Below are positions 41,379-51,119 of a stretch of DNA of 64,000 bases, piece by piece (the stretch's first letter is position 1; each line of letters starts with the position of its first letter). The stretch comes from an uncultured Acidobacteriota bacterium (GTDB lineage Bacteria > Acidobacteriota > Terriglobia > UBA7540). A program made the position numbers and the translations under genes. Where the stretch lies: contig CAWDSK010000006.1 of NCBI GenBank assembly GCA_963804995.1, positions 1,216,001-1,280,000 on the forward strand, read 5' to 3'. The notes below the pieces were generated by a model. That model searched no databases and was not told the origin of the DNA. It worked only from the letters and a program-made list of their open reading frames with translations.

Positions 41379-42096
41379 GTAGCCACGGTCACCGCTTTTG
41401 TGACCGTGGGTTCTTCCCTTGATGGCGAAGCCACAGCCTGCTTGAATAGTCGAACCCGGCACGGAAAGGGCGGGTCGGGCGGTGGGAAGTTGGGGGGTGG
41501 GCGAGAAAAGCCCACGGTCACGAGAGGTTGTCCACCATTAAGATTGGCGGACTTTCAGCCGCGGCGACACCGTGGCTACCCCCGACCACCTTGACCGGCT
41601 GGTGCCCAGCTCTGCGACTCATCCGAGTCGCTCACCATATCGCAGAGCGGACCTTGCTTTTCTCGTGGCACGGGCGTCCGACGCTGTGGAAAAATAGATA
41701 ATCTCGCGCAGAGCCGCTGAGACGCAGAGATTTTAAGTAAATAACTGATTTGCTTTCTCTGCGCCTCTGCGTCTCTGCGCGAGATGCTTTTGTTCGTTCA
41801 GGGATTTCTTCACAACTTCTCCCGCCCGTGATCGCACATGGGCAAGACCCCGATGAATCGGGGCAGGTCGTACATGTTACAAGTGGCGAGCGGGTAGCCA
41901 CGGTCACCGCTTTTGTGACCGTGGGTTCTTCCCTCGATGCCGAACGACCGTTGGATTGTCTTCGCGACTGCGGCCAGTAACGGGGTTGACACCGGGCGTG
42001 AGAAAAACCCACGGTCAAAACTACATTGACCGTGGCTACCCCCGACCACCTTGACCGGCTGGTGCACAGCTCTGCGACTCATCCGAGTCGCTCACC
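41379..42096. repeat. Two direct copies of a GTAG-REP doublet with a shared tail (41379-41636 and 41894-42096), flanking the nested element at 41664-41881
   Basis: GTAGCCACGGTCACCGCTTTTGTGACCGTGGG ... ACCGTGGCTAC followed by CCCGACCACCTTGACCGGCTGG..GAGTCGCTCACC in both copies. Confidence 0.88.
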
Positions 42097-42146
42097 CTAT
42101 CGTAGAGTTTCACTCTGCGCCTGGAGTTTGTACATTTCCTGCTCAG

Positions 42147-42251
42147 CACCACCCCCGCCGCTAGCGCGTCGCCCCTCCTCATCTGAGGAGGGGAGCCTTG
42201 CGGAACTCCCCTCCTGAATCAGGAGGGGAGGCGCGATAGCGCCGGGGTGGT
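42147..42251. repeat. CCCCTCCT/AGGAGGGG palindromic REP element
   Basis: Inverted arms CACCACCCC..CCCCTCCTC and GAGGAGGGG..GGGGTGG; partial relatives near 40240-40282 and 47425-47456. Confidence 0.78.
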
Positions 42252-42371
42252 TTCCGGCACGTAATTCACAGCGTAGGTAAATGTAGAAACTCCACTCGCA
42301 GAGTTTCACTCTGCGCCAGCCTGCCTGCCGTGTCCCGTACCCCGTGTCCCGAATCCCGTATCCCGGCTCTT

Positions 42372-43742
42372 TCAAACCAGCAGCTTGTACTTCTCCGCCT
42401 TGCGGTACAGCGTGCGCCGGTTGATCCCCAGGATGGCTGAGGTCCTCACCTTATTGCCGCCGGTCACTTTCAGCACGTGCTCAAGGTAGCGCTTCTCCAC
42501 CTCATCCAGCGAGGGCAGATCCGTGTAGAAATCTTCCAGCCGCTTGACCTCAAGGGTTTCAGCACGAACCTTGACGGGCAAATCCTCCAGCGGAATCACC
42601 CCCGTGCGGTTTAGCGCCGCGGCGGATTCCAGCGCATTCTCAAGCTCGCGCACATTGCCGGGCCAGGCGTAACTCATCAGGGTGGAAAGTGCCTGTGGAG
42701 AGACGGAGAACGCCTGTCCGCGCTCGCCGCCGATCTTCTTCAGAAAGTGTTCGACCAGCAGCGGAATATCTTCCAGGCGATCGCGCAGGGGCGGGATATC
42801 GATCTCGATGACCCGCAGGCGGTAGTAGAGGTCCTGACGAAATTTCCCTTCCTGGACGCAGTCCGCAAGATTGCGGTTGCTGGCGGCGATAATCCGCACG
42901 TCCACCTTGACGACTTCGTTGCTCCCGATGCGGCGGACTTCCTGTTCCTCGAGGGTCCGCAACACTTTCACTTGCAGCCCCGGGCTCATTTCGCTGACTT
43001 CATCCAGAAAAACCGTGCCGCCACTAGCGGCCTCAAAGATCCCGCGCTTGTTCTCCGTGGCGCCGGTAAAGGACCCGCGCACGTGCCCGAAGAGTTCCGT
43101 CTCCAGCAGGGTCTCAGTCAGCGCCCCGCAGTTCACGGCGTAGTAGTATTGCTCGGCCCGGGGGCCGTTGTAGTGGATTGCCTTGGCCACCAATTCCTTG
43201 CCGGTCCCACTCTCGCCGCAGATCAGGACGGTAGAACGCGCATCGGCCACCATGGCGATCTTCTTGTAGATTTCCAGCATCTTGGGACTGTTGCCGACCA
43301 GGCTGGAAAGCTGCACCTGGCTTCCCAGTTGCCGCTTCAGGCTGCGGTTCTCGCGCAGCAGTTTGCGATTACCCAGCGCCCGCTGTACGTGCAAGACAAC
43401 TTCATCGATTTTGAAAGGTTTCGAGATGTAGTCGAAGGCGCCGGCCTTCACCGCCTCGATAGCGGTCTCCATGGTGCCAAAGGCCGTGATGAGGATAACC
43501 TCCGATTCCGGCTGAATCGCCTTGTAAGCGCGCAGCACATCCAATCCGTTCAGGTTCGGTCCCAAGCGCATATCGCTGATGATGACGTCGACAATCTCCT
43601 GCTTGCCGATTTCCAAGGCTTCTTCGCCGCTGCCGGAAGTGAGAACGCGGTAACCTTCCTCACTCAGGACTTCGCGCAGCAACTCGCGCGTGTCTTCATC
43701 GTCGTCCACCACCAATACGCTGACCGTGCTTTCGGTTTCCAT
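42372..43742 (-). CDS. Sigma-54-dependent response regulator (NtrC/AtoC family; REC-AAA+-HTH)
   Basis: VVDDD, GESGTGKE, LFGHVRGSFTGA, FLDEV, FRQDLYYRL, WPGNVRELEN, LGINRRTLYRK. Confidence 0.96.
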   Translation of the reverse strand: METESTVSVLVVDDDEDTRELLREVLSEEGYRVLTSGSGEEALEIGKQEIVDVIISDMRLGPNLNGLDVLRAYKAIQPESEVILITAFGTMETAIEAVKAGAFDYISKPFKIDEVVLHVQRALGNRKLLRENRSLKRQLGSQVQLSSLVGNSPKMLEIYKKIAMVADARSTVLICGESGTGKELVAKAIHYNGPRAEQYYYAVNCGALTETLLETELFGHVRGSFTGATENKRGIFEAASGGTVFLDEVSEMSPGLQVKVLRTLEEQEVRRIGSNEVVKVDVRIIAASNRNLADCVQEGKFRQDLYYRLRVIEIDIPPLRDRLEDIPLLVEHFLKKIGGERGQAFSVSPQALSTLMSYAWPGNVRELENALESAAALNRTGVIPLEDLPVKVRAETLEVKRLEDFYTDLPSLDEVEKRYLEHVLKVTGGNKVRTSAILGINRRTLYRKAEKYKLLV

Positions 43743-43892
43743 GGTTAAAGTCCAGTGACGAGTGACCCGTGACCAGTGACGAGCAAAAAGCTCCATTGCG
43801 CCCGCGCCGGCTCGTCACTTATCCTTGTCCCGGTCCGTTCTTGGTCGTTACTCACCATTCGTAATCGAATCCTCGCTCTTCCTTGTCACTCG

Positions 43893-45479
43893 TCACTTGT
43901 CACTTGTCACTGAACTTAGGATCGGCGCTTCCACCTTTTCGCGGCAATCCAGCGGCAGGCGAATCGTGAAAGTGGTTCCACGCTCCGGCGCGCTCTCCAC
44001 CTGAATCGTGCCCGCGTGTTGGCGAACAATCTGGTCGCAAATGGCCAGGCCCAGGCCCGCACCCGTCCCGATGCGCTTGGTTGTGAACATGGGGTCGAAG
44101 ATGTGCGCCAGGGTTTCCTGCGACATTCCGGTGCCCGTGTCCGCCACCTCCAGGGTTACTTCCGGCGGCTCACCGGGCAGCGGCGCGCGGAGTCCGATGC
44201 TGAGCTGGCCCCCCTGAGGCATGGCGTCGGTGCTGTTATTGATCAAGTTCAGCAGGACCTGGTGCAGATAACCGGAGTCGCCGTAAATCTTGGGGCAGTC
44301 TTTGGCCACATTCAGTTGCACGCGAATCTTGCGCAGCGCCAGCGCCGGCGAGGAAAGCAACACGGCGTCATCCAGCACCCGCCCCAGGTCCAGGAGATCC
44401 AGGTGCAGCTCATACTTCCGCGTCCAGGAGAGCAGTTGCCGCACCGTGCGCACAATGTTCTCCACCTGCTTTTCGATAACCTGTAGGCGCCGGGCGGTGG
44501 AGGGGTCATTGGTTAAACGCCGCGCCAGCAATTGCACGTGTCCGGAAATGGAATTGAGCGGTGTGCCGATTTCGTGGGCCAGGCTGGCGGCAAGCTGTCC
44601 CGCCACGGCCAGACGTTCCGAGCGCGCCAAGGTCTTCTGCGTCTCGAAGAGCTCCTCATTGATGCCCCGTAACTCCTCGTTCCGCTGCGCCAATTCCACC
44701 GTGGCTTCTTCCACTTTGTGGCCCAACTCGCGGTTGAAATTCTCGATGCGGCGCAGCATGCGGTTCAGGTGGGCGGCCAGCAGTCCAATCTCATCCCAGC
44801 TCTGCAAGCGCGCCCGCACGTTCAATTGCCCTTGCTCCGCCGACTCCATCACGCGAATCATTTCTTTCACCGGGTGCCGCACGGCGCGCAGAAAGAACAC
44901 GTGAATCACCAGGATAAGAAAAGCCAGACTGGCCAGCATCACCCGGCCGTTCTGCGTTACCAAGTTGCGCGTCACCACGCTCGTCTGTGACTTGGAAACC
45001 TTCAGGTCCAGGCATCCGACCGAAACGCCCTGGTCACGCACGGTCACACCCATAATCCAGTACTTGCCGTCATTGGTTTCGATCGTGATCTCGTCATCAT
45101 CGGGCCGCTCGAATTCGTTGTAGGTGTCAATGCGGGGGGTGTTATCCAATTCGAGGTGTGCCGCCTGCGTCTGAGTGGTGGCGGCCAGGTGATGATCGGG
45201 CGCGTGCAGGTACACGTCAGCCTGTCGCACTCCCGGCAGGTCACGCAACACTTGTCCCAGGATGCGCCCCAGCCGGTCGGGGTTGCTGAGTGCATCCTCG
45301 TTCACTAACTGGTGAGCCGCGACCCGGGCTTGGGCCAGCGCCTTGCGGTAAATCTCTTCCTCAACAAGTTGCTGGGTGAGAACCATGGCGATGACGGTGG
45401 AAACAGCCGTCACCGTAACGACTGCCAACGCCGTAATCACAATGATTTTGCCTTGCAGACCAAAGCGTGAAGCTCTCAT
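43893..45479 (-). CDS. Membrane sensor histidine kinase (HAMP, HisKA, HATPase)
   Basis: Two TMs, AHEIGTPLNSI, QVLLNLINNS, DTGTG, FDPMFTTK, GAGLGL. Confidence 0.95.
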   Translation of the reverse strand: MRASRFGLQGKIIVITALAVVTVTAVSTVIAMVLTQQLVEEEIYRKALAQARVAAHQLVNEDALSNPDRLGRILGQVLRDLPGVRQADVYLHAPDHHLAATTQTQAAHLELDNTPRIDTYNEFERPDDDEITIETNDGKYWIMGVTVRDQGVSVGCLDLKVSKSQTSVVTRNLVTQNGRVMLASLAFLILVIHVFFLRAVRHPVKEMIRVMESAEQGQLNVRARLQSWDEIGLLAAHLNRMLRRIENFNRELGHKVEEATVELAQRNEELRGINEELFETQKTLARSERLAVAGQLAASLAHEIGTPLNSISGHVQLLARRLTNDPSTARRLQVIEKQVENIVRTVRQLLSWTRKYELHLDLLDLGRVLDDAVLLSSPALALRKIRVQLNVAKDCPKIYGDSGYLHQVLLNLINNSTDAMPQGGQLSIGLRAPLPGEPPEVTLEVADTGTGMSQETLAHIFDPMFTTKRIGTGAGLGLAICDQIVRQHAGTIQVESAPERGTTFTIRLPLDCREKVEAPILSSVTSDK

Positions 45480-45675
45480 AACCCCGCCAAATACCATTCT
45501 AACATTAGGTGTGGCAAAAAGATACACCCGCTCAATCGCGCTAACCTATTCATAAACAGTGGGTTACACTTACGACGCTGGAACTGTTGGTGGTGGAGGG
45601 CCGGAACAGGCTAGAACGGGGTATTATGGGCATTTGCGGATTAGTCATCTTCGCAAAACCGCCCCGGAGGCCCAA

Positions 45676-47415
45676 ATGGAAAACCGCGAGATCGCCGCCG
45701 TCTTTGAGGAAATTTCCAACCTGATGAAAATTCTTCAGGACGATCCCAAGTGGACCTTCAAAGCAGCCGCCTATGATCGCGCCGAAGCGGTCCATCGAAA
45801 GTTACCCCGAGCGCCTCGAAGACGTGGCTCGCGACCCGAATCGCAAACTTACGGACATCCCTGGAATTGGCGCGGACCTCGCCAAGAAAATCGCGGAGCT
45901 GGTTGAAACCGGCCAATCAAGTTATCACCAGGAGCAACTCGCGAAAGTTCCCCGCAGTCTGCTGGACTTGCTACAACTTCAGACCGTCGGCCCGCAGAAG
46001 GTGCGCTTGTTTCATCAAGGAGCTGAACGTCCAGAGCGTGGATGATCTGGAAGCCGCTGCCAAAGCCGGCCGCCTGCGCGATCTCGCCGGCATGAGCGAG
46101 AAGTCTGAGGAAAACATCCTGAAGGCTATCGAGGTCTTCCGCCGCGCCGCGGGCCGTTTTCGACTCGAACACAGCGTACGAGACCGCTGAAGTGCTTACC
46201 GCCTGGTTGCGCGATTTGAAAGCCGTTGAGGAGGTCACCCCTGCCGGCTCGTTGCGGCGCGGACGCGAAACGGTGGGCGATCTCGATCTCCTGGTCACCG
46301 GCCGCGATCATGCGCGCATTGCCGAGCACTTCGTGAAGTTCCCTGGCATAGCCGCCATCCTGGCCAAAGGCGAAGACAAGGTCAGCGTGAAGCTCAAGAA
46401 CGACCTGCAGGTTGACGTCCGGCTGCTGGAGCGTTCCGCCTACGGCGCCGCGATGCAATACTTTACCGGCTCGAAGGAGCACAACGTGGCGCTCCGTGAC
46501 CGCGCCAAACGCCGCGGGTGGAAGCTGAATGAATATGGCCTGTTAGAAGGTGACAAAGTTCTGGCCAGCCGCACGGAAGAGGAGATTTACGCCAAACTGG
46601 GCCTCGCGTGGATTCCGCCGGAACTGCGCGAGAACCTGGGCGAAATCGAAGCGGCGGAGAAAGGCGAGTTGCCGAAACTCGTCGAGCTGGGCGATATCAA
46701 GGGCGATCTGCAGATGCACACCACCGCCTCCGACGGTCACGCCAGCATCGAGGAGTATGGCCGAGCGCCGCAAAGCACCTCGGCTACCAATACATCCTCA
46801 TCACCGACCACTCGAAAGCCGTCACCGTCGCCAATGGCCTCGATGAGCAGCGCGCCGCGGAGCACATCCAGCGCATTCACGCCGCGCGCAAAAAAGTGAA
46901 GGGGATTGAAATCTGGGCTGGCTCCGAAGTCGATATCATGGGCGACGGGCGGCTGGATTATCCCGACGAACTCTTGAAGCAATTTGATATCGTGCTGGTG
47001 AGCGTGCACTCACGCATGACCATGCCCGCCGATGAAATGACCGCGCGCCTGCTGCGCGCCTTCGAAAACCCTTACGTGCGTATTCTCGGACATCCCACGG
47101 GCCGGCAGATTCTGCGCCGCGACCCGTTCCTGTTCGATCTTGAGAAGGTCTTCGCCGCCGCCAAGCAACGCGGGGTAATCCTGGAACTCAACGGCAATCC
47201 CGAACGGCTTAGACCTCTGTGACCGGCACGTCAAGCTGGCGCGCGACCGCGGCATGAAGATCATCATCTCGACCGACGCGCACGATCCCGAGCACTTCAA
47301 GCTGATGCGCTATGGGGTCGTGACCGCGCGCCGCGGCTGGATGGAAAAATCCGGCGTGCTCAATACCCTGCCCCCGGAAAAACTTCTTGCCAGCCTGCGA
47401 CCCCTGCCGCGCTGA
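45676..47415 (+). CDS. polX: DNA polymerase X / PHP 3'-5' exonuclease, broken by about six +1 insertions (probable sequencing errors)
   Basis: [69 protein letters not shown]; each break is repaired by deleting one base (near 45784, 46010, 46169, 46757, 46767, 47211). Confidence 0.92.
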
Positions 47416-47514
47416 CGGCCGCGCGCTCCCCTCGTGGATCAGGAGGGGGTCAGGGGGGCGAGCCGCAGCCGAAAGACTCTTAGGGAAAGTCCATTTGCCC
47501 GGAAGGAATCACGT

Positions 47515-48291
47515 CTAGTGGTGGTGTCGCACCAGAAAGCGACGAACGTCGGGCCAAAATTCTTTCATCTCGTAATTGAGGGCATCCCAACCAATTTGTG
47601 TTCCCCAAATAGTGATATTGCTACCGAGCGTCCGCGGGCCGGGATGATACGCATTGGAGATTGCTGCGGCCATGCCATTACCGAGAATTTCAGAGAAGTT
47701 GAACTGAGCCTGTCCCCAATCCGAGCGTGTAACCAAAACCCTTGTGGCGGCATACGCGGCACGGTAGAGGAACCCTCCTTTTCCCATCTGGTAGAAGCGC
47801 GGCTCTTGGTGCAGCGCAGCGGGTAACGCCGCGCTGGTCAAAAAGTTTCCCAAGGTGTTGTCGGCAAACGCTAATCCGTAACGTTTGGTGTAGCCCCTAA
47901 GCCCCTGCCCAAACGTGGGATTCGAATTGCCGGCCTGGTTGATGGCAGCTTCTACGCCGATGAAAGCAAATACCACAGGGTCGAAGGTGTCCCTAGCCAT
48001 CAACTTGAATTTTTGTTCCGCCGTGAGTGGAGGGAGCGATGAGGCATTTTCAATGGTCAAGTAGTTGGGCAGCGTCCAGAGGATTCGGTCGTTTTGTGGA
48101 ACTTGGGGATCCGGATCGGGCGGGCCTTGGGCGGCGCCGGAGTCATTCGCGAACTTGGTTGTGGCCGGAGCGAGTGCTTGCCCCGCCTCCTGTGCCCACA
48201 GTTCAGGAGACAGCCCCAGCATGCAAACGAAAAGGATGACCAGGACGGCGCCGCGCGGCCCAAGGGTTCGTTTAATCATCAGTCCAGCCAT
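47515..48291 (-). CDS. Hypothetical exported/membrane protein
   Basis: Signal-like N-terminus; RILWTLPNY, PLTAEQKF, FGQG..GY.KRYG, EPRFY, NFSEILG motifs; exact start uncertain. Confidence 0.7.
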   Translation of the reverse strand: MAGLMIKRTLGPRGAVLVILFVCMLGLSPELWAQEAGQALAPATTKFANDSGAAQGPPDPDPQVPQNDRILWTLPNYLTIENASSLPPLTAEQKFKLMARDTFDPVVFAFIGVEAAINQAGNSNPTFGQGLRGYTKRYGLAFADNTLGNFLTSAALPAALHQEPRFYQMGKGGFLYRAAYAATRVLVTRSDWGQAQFNFSEILGNGMAAAISNAYHPGPRTLGSNITIWGTQIGWDALNYEMKEFWPDVRRFLVRHHH

Positions 48292-48757
48292 CTCCACTTC
48301 TACGCATCGGCGCACAAAGCCCCACTCCCTGGCTGATTCGTAATCATCTGGGTATACCCAAGCTCTCCGGACACAAACTAGCAACAGCATCTCGGCTAGT
48401 CTGTATAAAATTGAACAATGCGCAGCCATGGTGTCGCCACGGCTGAAAGTCCGCTGATCTCAATGGCCGGCGACCAACCCTGAGCGTGACATTCTCTCAT
48501 GCGCAATACCCCGGCCGCAAGTTCATGTCTTCAATCTGGATGGAGCACGCCACGAACCGTCCGGTACGTGACACACTACTACCGTCCCGGGTGGCACGCC
48601 GATGCATCGGGGTGTCCAAGGCTGACGCCTTCACACAGGCAGGAGTGCCTGTGCTACCGAAGCCAGAACCGGCCACGGATAGGACGCGGTGACAGAGATG
48701 TTGCCCGTGTTCGTGGGGCGGACCCGATGCATCGGGTCGCCACCCGCGCCACGTTTG

Positions 48758-49093
48758 CTATGGGTTCTCGGGTGGAGGCACCAGTGGCGCGATGGACTGT
48801 ATTAAGGCGGGGAGATGGTTTTGGACGGTGTCCCATACCACGGCGAGATCCACGTGGTCATACTCATGGATCATCAGATTCCGCATGTTGATCATCGCCG
48901 CCCAGGGAAGGGCAGGCAGACTGGCTCGCGTTTCACGCGAGATTCGGCGGGCCGCCTCGCCAATGATTTCCAGTCGCCGGATCACCGCGTCCTGGCACTG
49001 AGTGTCCAGAATGAATTCTTCGTTGGTTTTGTAAGCGGCAGCCAGTTTGGCTGCTTCCAGGATGTCCAGCAGATAGGCAACGTCACGCGGCAT
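48758..49093 (-). CDS. hepT: HepT-like (DUF86/HEPN) RNase toxin
   Basis: QDAVIRRLEIIGEAA, RNLMIHEY (R-x4-H-x-Y), VVWDTV. Confidence 0.9.
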   Translation of the reverse strand: MPRDVAYLLDILEAAKLAAAYKTNEEFILDTQCQDAVIRRLEIIGEAARRISRETRASLPALPWAAMINMRNLMIHEYDHVDLAVVWDTVQNHLPALIQSIAPLVPPPENP

Positions 49094-49394
49094 AGAAAAC
49101 CCGTGCCGAATCCAATATGGCCTTTCGACGGATGTAATTCCGGCTGCTTTCAAGGCCTCGCCGGCTTACCAGATCTACTTGGCGAGCAAAGATTTCCTGG
49201 AGTTCTTCCTCCATCTGGACCAGGTCAAACAGGCTGGGGTGGGAGTCCGGTGCAAAGGTCACGAGCACGTCCACGTCGCTCGCGGGGCCAAAGTCCGGCC
49301 GCAAGACCGAGCCGAAAAGGGCGAGTTCCGCAATTTTCCACTTCCGGCAGAATTCGCCCATTCGTGTCGGGTTTACCTCACTGAGAACGCTCAT
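49083..49394 (-). CDS. mntA: MntA-like minimal nucleotidyltransferase antitoxin
   Basis: LFGSVLRPDFGPASDVDVLV, RQVDLV; overlaps the HEPN start. Confidence 0.9.
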   Translation of the reverse strand: MSVLSEVNPTRMGEFCRKWKIAELALFGSVLRPDFGPASDVDVLVTFAPDSHPSLFDLVQMEEELQEIFARQVDLVSRRGLESSRNYIRRKAILDSARVFYAA

Positions 49395-49771
49395 CCTCGC
49401 ACCCTCCAATTGCCCTACCCCAATAATATCACGCTACGCTCGCTTCTTAACGTTGTCAGCCAGGGGAGTTTGCCTGTTTCTTGTCACTGGTCCAGTTCCT
49501 AACCTCGTTCGTCAATCGGCAATCGAAAATCGTCAATCGAAAATTACTTGCGCGCCTACTTGACGGGAGAAACCCGGAAGCGGTGGAAAAAGCCCCCATG
49601 AACAAGTTGTGAGGTGGTAGCACAGGCACTCATGCCTGTGGGCTCTGCATTACCCTTGGACACCCCGATACATCGGGGTGCTACGGAAGCCAGAACCGGC
49701 CACGGATGGGACGCGGTAGCGGAGCGGTAGCGGAGATGTTACCCGGGTCCGTGGGGCGCCACTCGCGGGCT

Positions 49772-50098
49772 TCACCCCCCCGCCTCACCTTCAAGAAGGC
49801 GTTTAACATCGCGCTTGCCATGCAGAATCCGAATGATGCGGAGGGTATCTTCGTCCAGAAGGTAATAAATCCGGATGGCCTCAAATCCCGCAACCGCCCA
49901 CGTGCGAAGATTTTGAAGCTGCGGGTTGCTGGAGCGATAGCGCGGACCCACCAAGGGGTGCTGCTGCAATGATTGGACAGTTCGCCGGACTGCGGTTCGG
50001 AAACGAACGGCAACTTCGGGAAGATTCAGGGTAACGAGGTAATAGCGAAACTGGCGCACTACATCGTCGCTGGCGGCTTGCCGATACGAAACCTTCAC
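49772..50098 (-). CDS. ParE/RelE family toxin
   Basis: AASDDV...HPLVG...LRTWAVAGFEAIRIYY...IIRILHGKRD. Confidence 0.9.
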   Translation of the reverse strand: MKVSYRQAASDDVVRQFRYYLVTLNLPEVAVRFRTAVRRTVQSLQQHPLVGPRYRSSNPQLQNLRTWAVAGFEAIRIYYLLDEDTLRIIRILHGKRDVKRLLEGEAGG

Positions 50099-50367
50099 GA
50101 ACGCGCGCCCGTCTTATGCTCGGCAAGCAGGGCGTTCGTTTGCGCGTTCACCGAACCCCAGAATTCGTCCTCCGCCAGTTCCTTCGATGCCAGCCCTTCC
50201 GCCAGCAGCGCGTCCAGTTCTTCCTCTGTCCCCGCAAAGCCCGGTACGGTGCGCTGTTCGACGGCGGCCAAGGCTGCATCCACGACTTCCTCAACCGACT
50301 CGTAGGCGCCCCGGCTTATGACGTCGTGCACCCGCCGCTCTTGCTCGGGTGTGAGCTGAATTGCCAT
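50095..50367 (-). CDS. ParD-like antitoxin
   Basis: MAIQLTPEQERRV...GAYESVEEVVDAAL...LLAEGLAS; GTGA overlap with the toxin. Confidence 0.85.
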   Translation of the reverse strand: MAIQLTPEQERRVHDVISRGAYESVEEVVDAALAAVEQRTVPGFAGTEEELDALLAEGLASKELAEDEFWGSVNAQTNALLAEHKTGARS

Positions 50368-50595
50368 GCTGTCCCGCCTTTCACATTCGTCACCCTCAGG
50401 ATACGGCAAAAGACCCGGCGGGGCAACGACGTTGAGCACGACGTGGGTGGCAACGTTTGAGAAGCCCGAACCGGCCACCGGCAGGACGCGGCGACAGAGA
50501 TGTTGTCCATGTCCGTGGGGCGCCCCGATGCATCGGGGCGCCACCCACGATTGCACCGACCGTGCCTGCCCACATTCATTTTGAGCGGCACCACT

Positions 50596-50719
50596 CCCAC
50601 TGTCATCCTGAGCCCGTAATTTGGGCGAAGGACCCCTGTAGTTCGCTCTTCCCAGTGCGCCGCGATAAACTGCCGAGGTCCTTCGGCCCGAAAGAACCGG
50701 GCCTCAGGATGACAGTGGG
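50596..50719. repeat. Stand-alone copy of the GTCATCCTGAG REP element (same family as the GIY-YIG flanks)
   Basis: Perfect terminal inverted repeats CCCACTGTCATCCTGAG / CTCAGGATGACAGTGGG; internal GGGCGAAGGAC..GGTCCTTCG. Confidence 0.88.
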
Positions 50720-50874
50720 TTACGTGCGTGCTTTCCTTTTCGGGGGGTGGCGCCGATATCGCATTTTATGTTGGCGACCGTTAAGAAGCCAGAACCGGCC
50801 ACGGATGGGACGCGGCAACAGAGATGTTGCCCGCGTTCGTGGGGCGCCGCGAGCTCACCTCTCACGCCTGAATG

Positions 50875-51119
50875 TCAGTATGTTGTGGAGGTTCGACGCT
50901 CAATGGCCGTCACCGCAACGCGGTGCTCTTCGGGATAGACAAAAATACGCCAGTCGCCGACGCGGCGGCGGAATCCCTCCCGGCCTCCCTGGAGTTTGCG
51001 CGCGTCGCTGATTCTCTTCCATGGCATCGACCGCAAGGCGGATGCGGGCCTGGTCGTTGGACGGGGTGCGTTTAAGAGATCTTTGCGCGGGCCCGGCGAG
51101 AACTACCAGCCACGGCTAT
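50875..51119 (-). pseudogene. Degraded RelE toxin (absent from the ORF track)
   Basis: Manual translation gives PWLVVLAGPAQRSLKR...DAMEEN, a frameshift, then DARKLQGGREGFRRRVGDWRIF...IERRTSTTY*; start reads ATAG. Confidence 0.75.

Larger units (their letters stand above)
48659..50846. repeat. Four direct copies of a ~62-bp hairpin repeat (GAAGCCAGAACCGGCCACGGATGGGACGCGGCAACAGAGATGTTGCCCGCGTTCGTGGGGCG) separating TA modules
   Basis: Copies at 48659-48720, 49686-49758 (with an internal duplication), 50461-50522 and 50785-50846. Confidence 0.9.

Noticed and set aside
45676..47415. Programmed frameshifting or true polX pseudogene
   Set aside because: Six same-sign single-base insertions with no slippery sites and no other decay fit sequencing error better
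48659..50846. Canonical integron attC sites or cobalamin riboswitch B12 box
   Set aside because: No conserved RYYYAAC/GTTRRRY pair across copies and no intI in the window; GAAGCCAGAACCGGCC only superficially resembles a B12 box and the rest of the aptamer is missing
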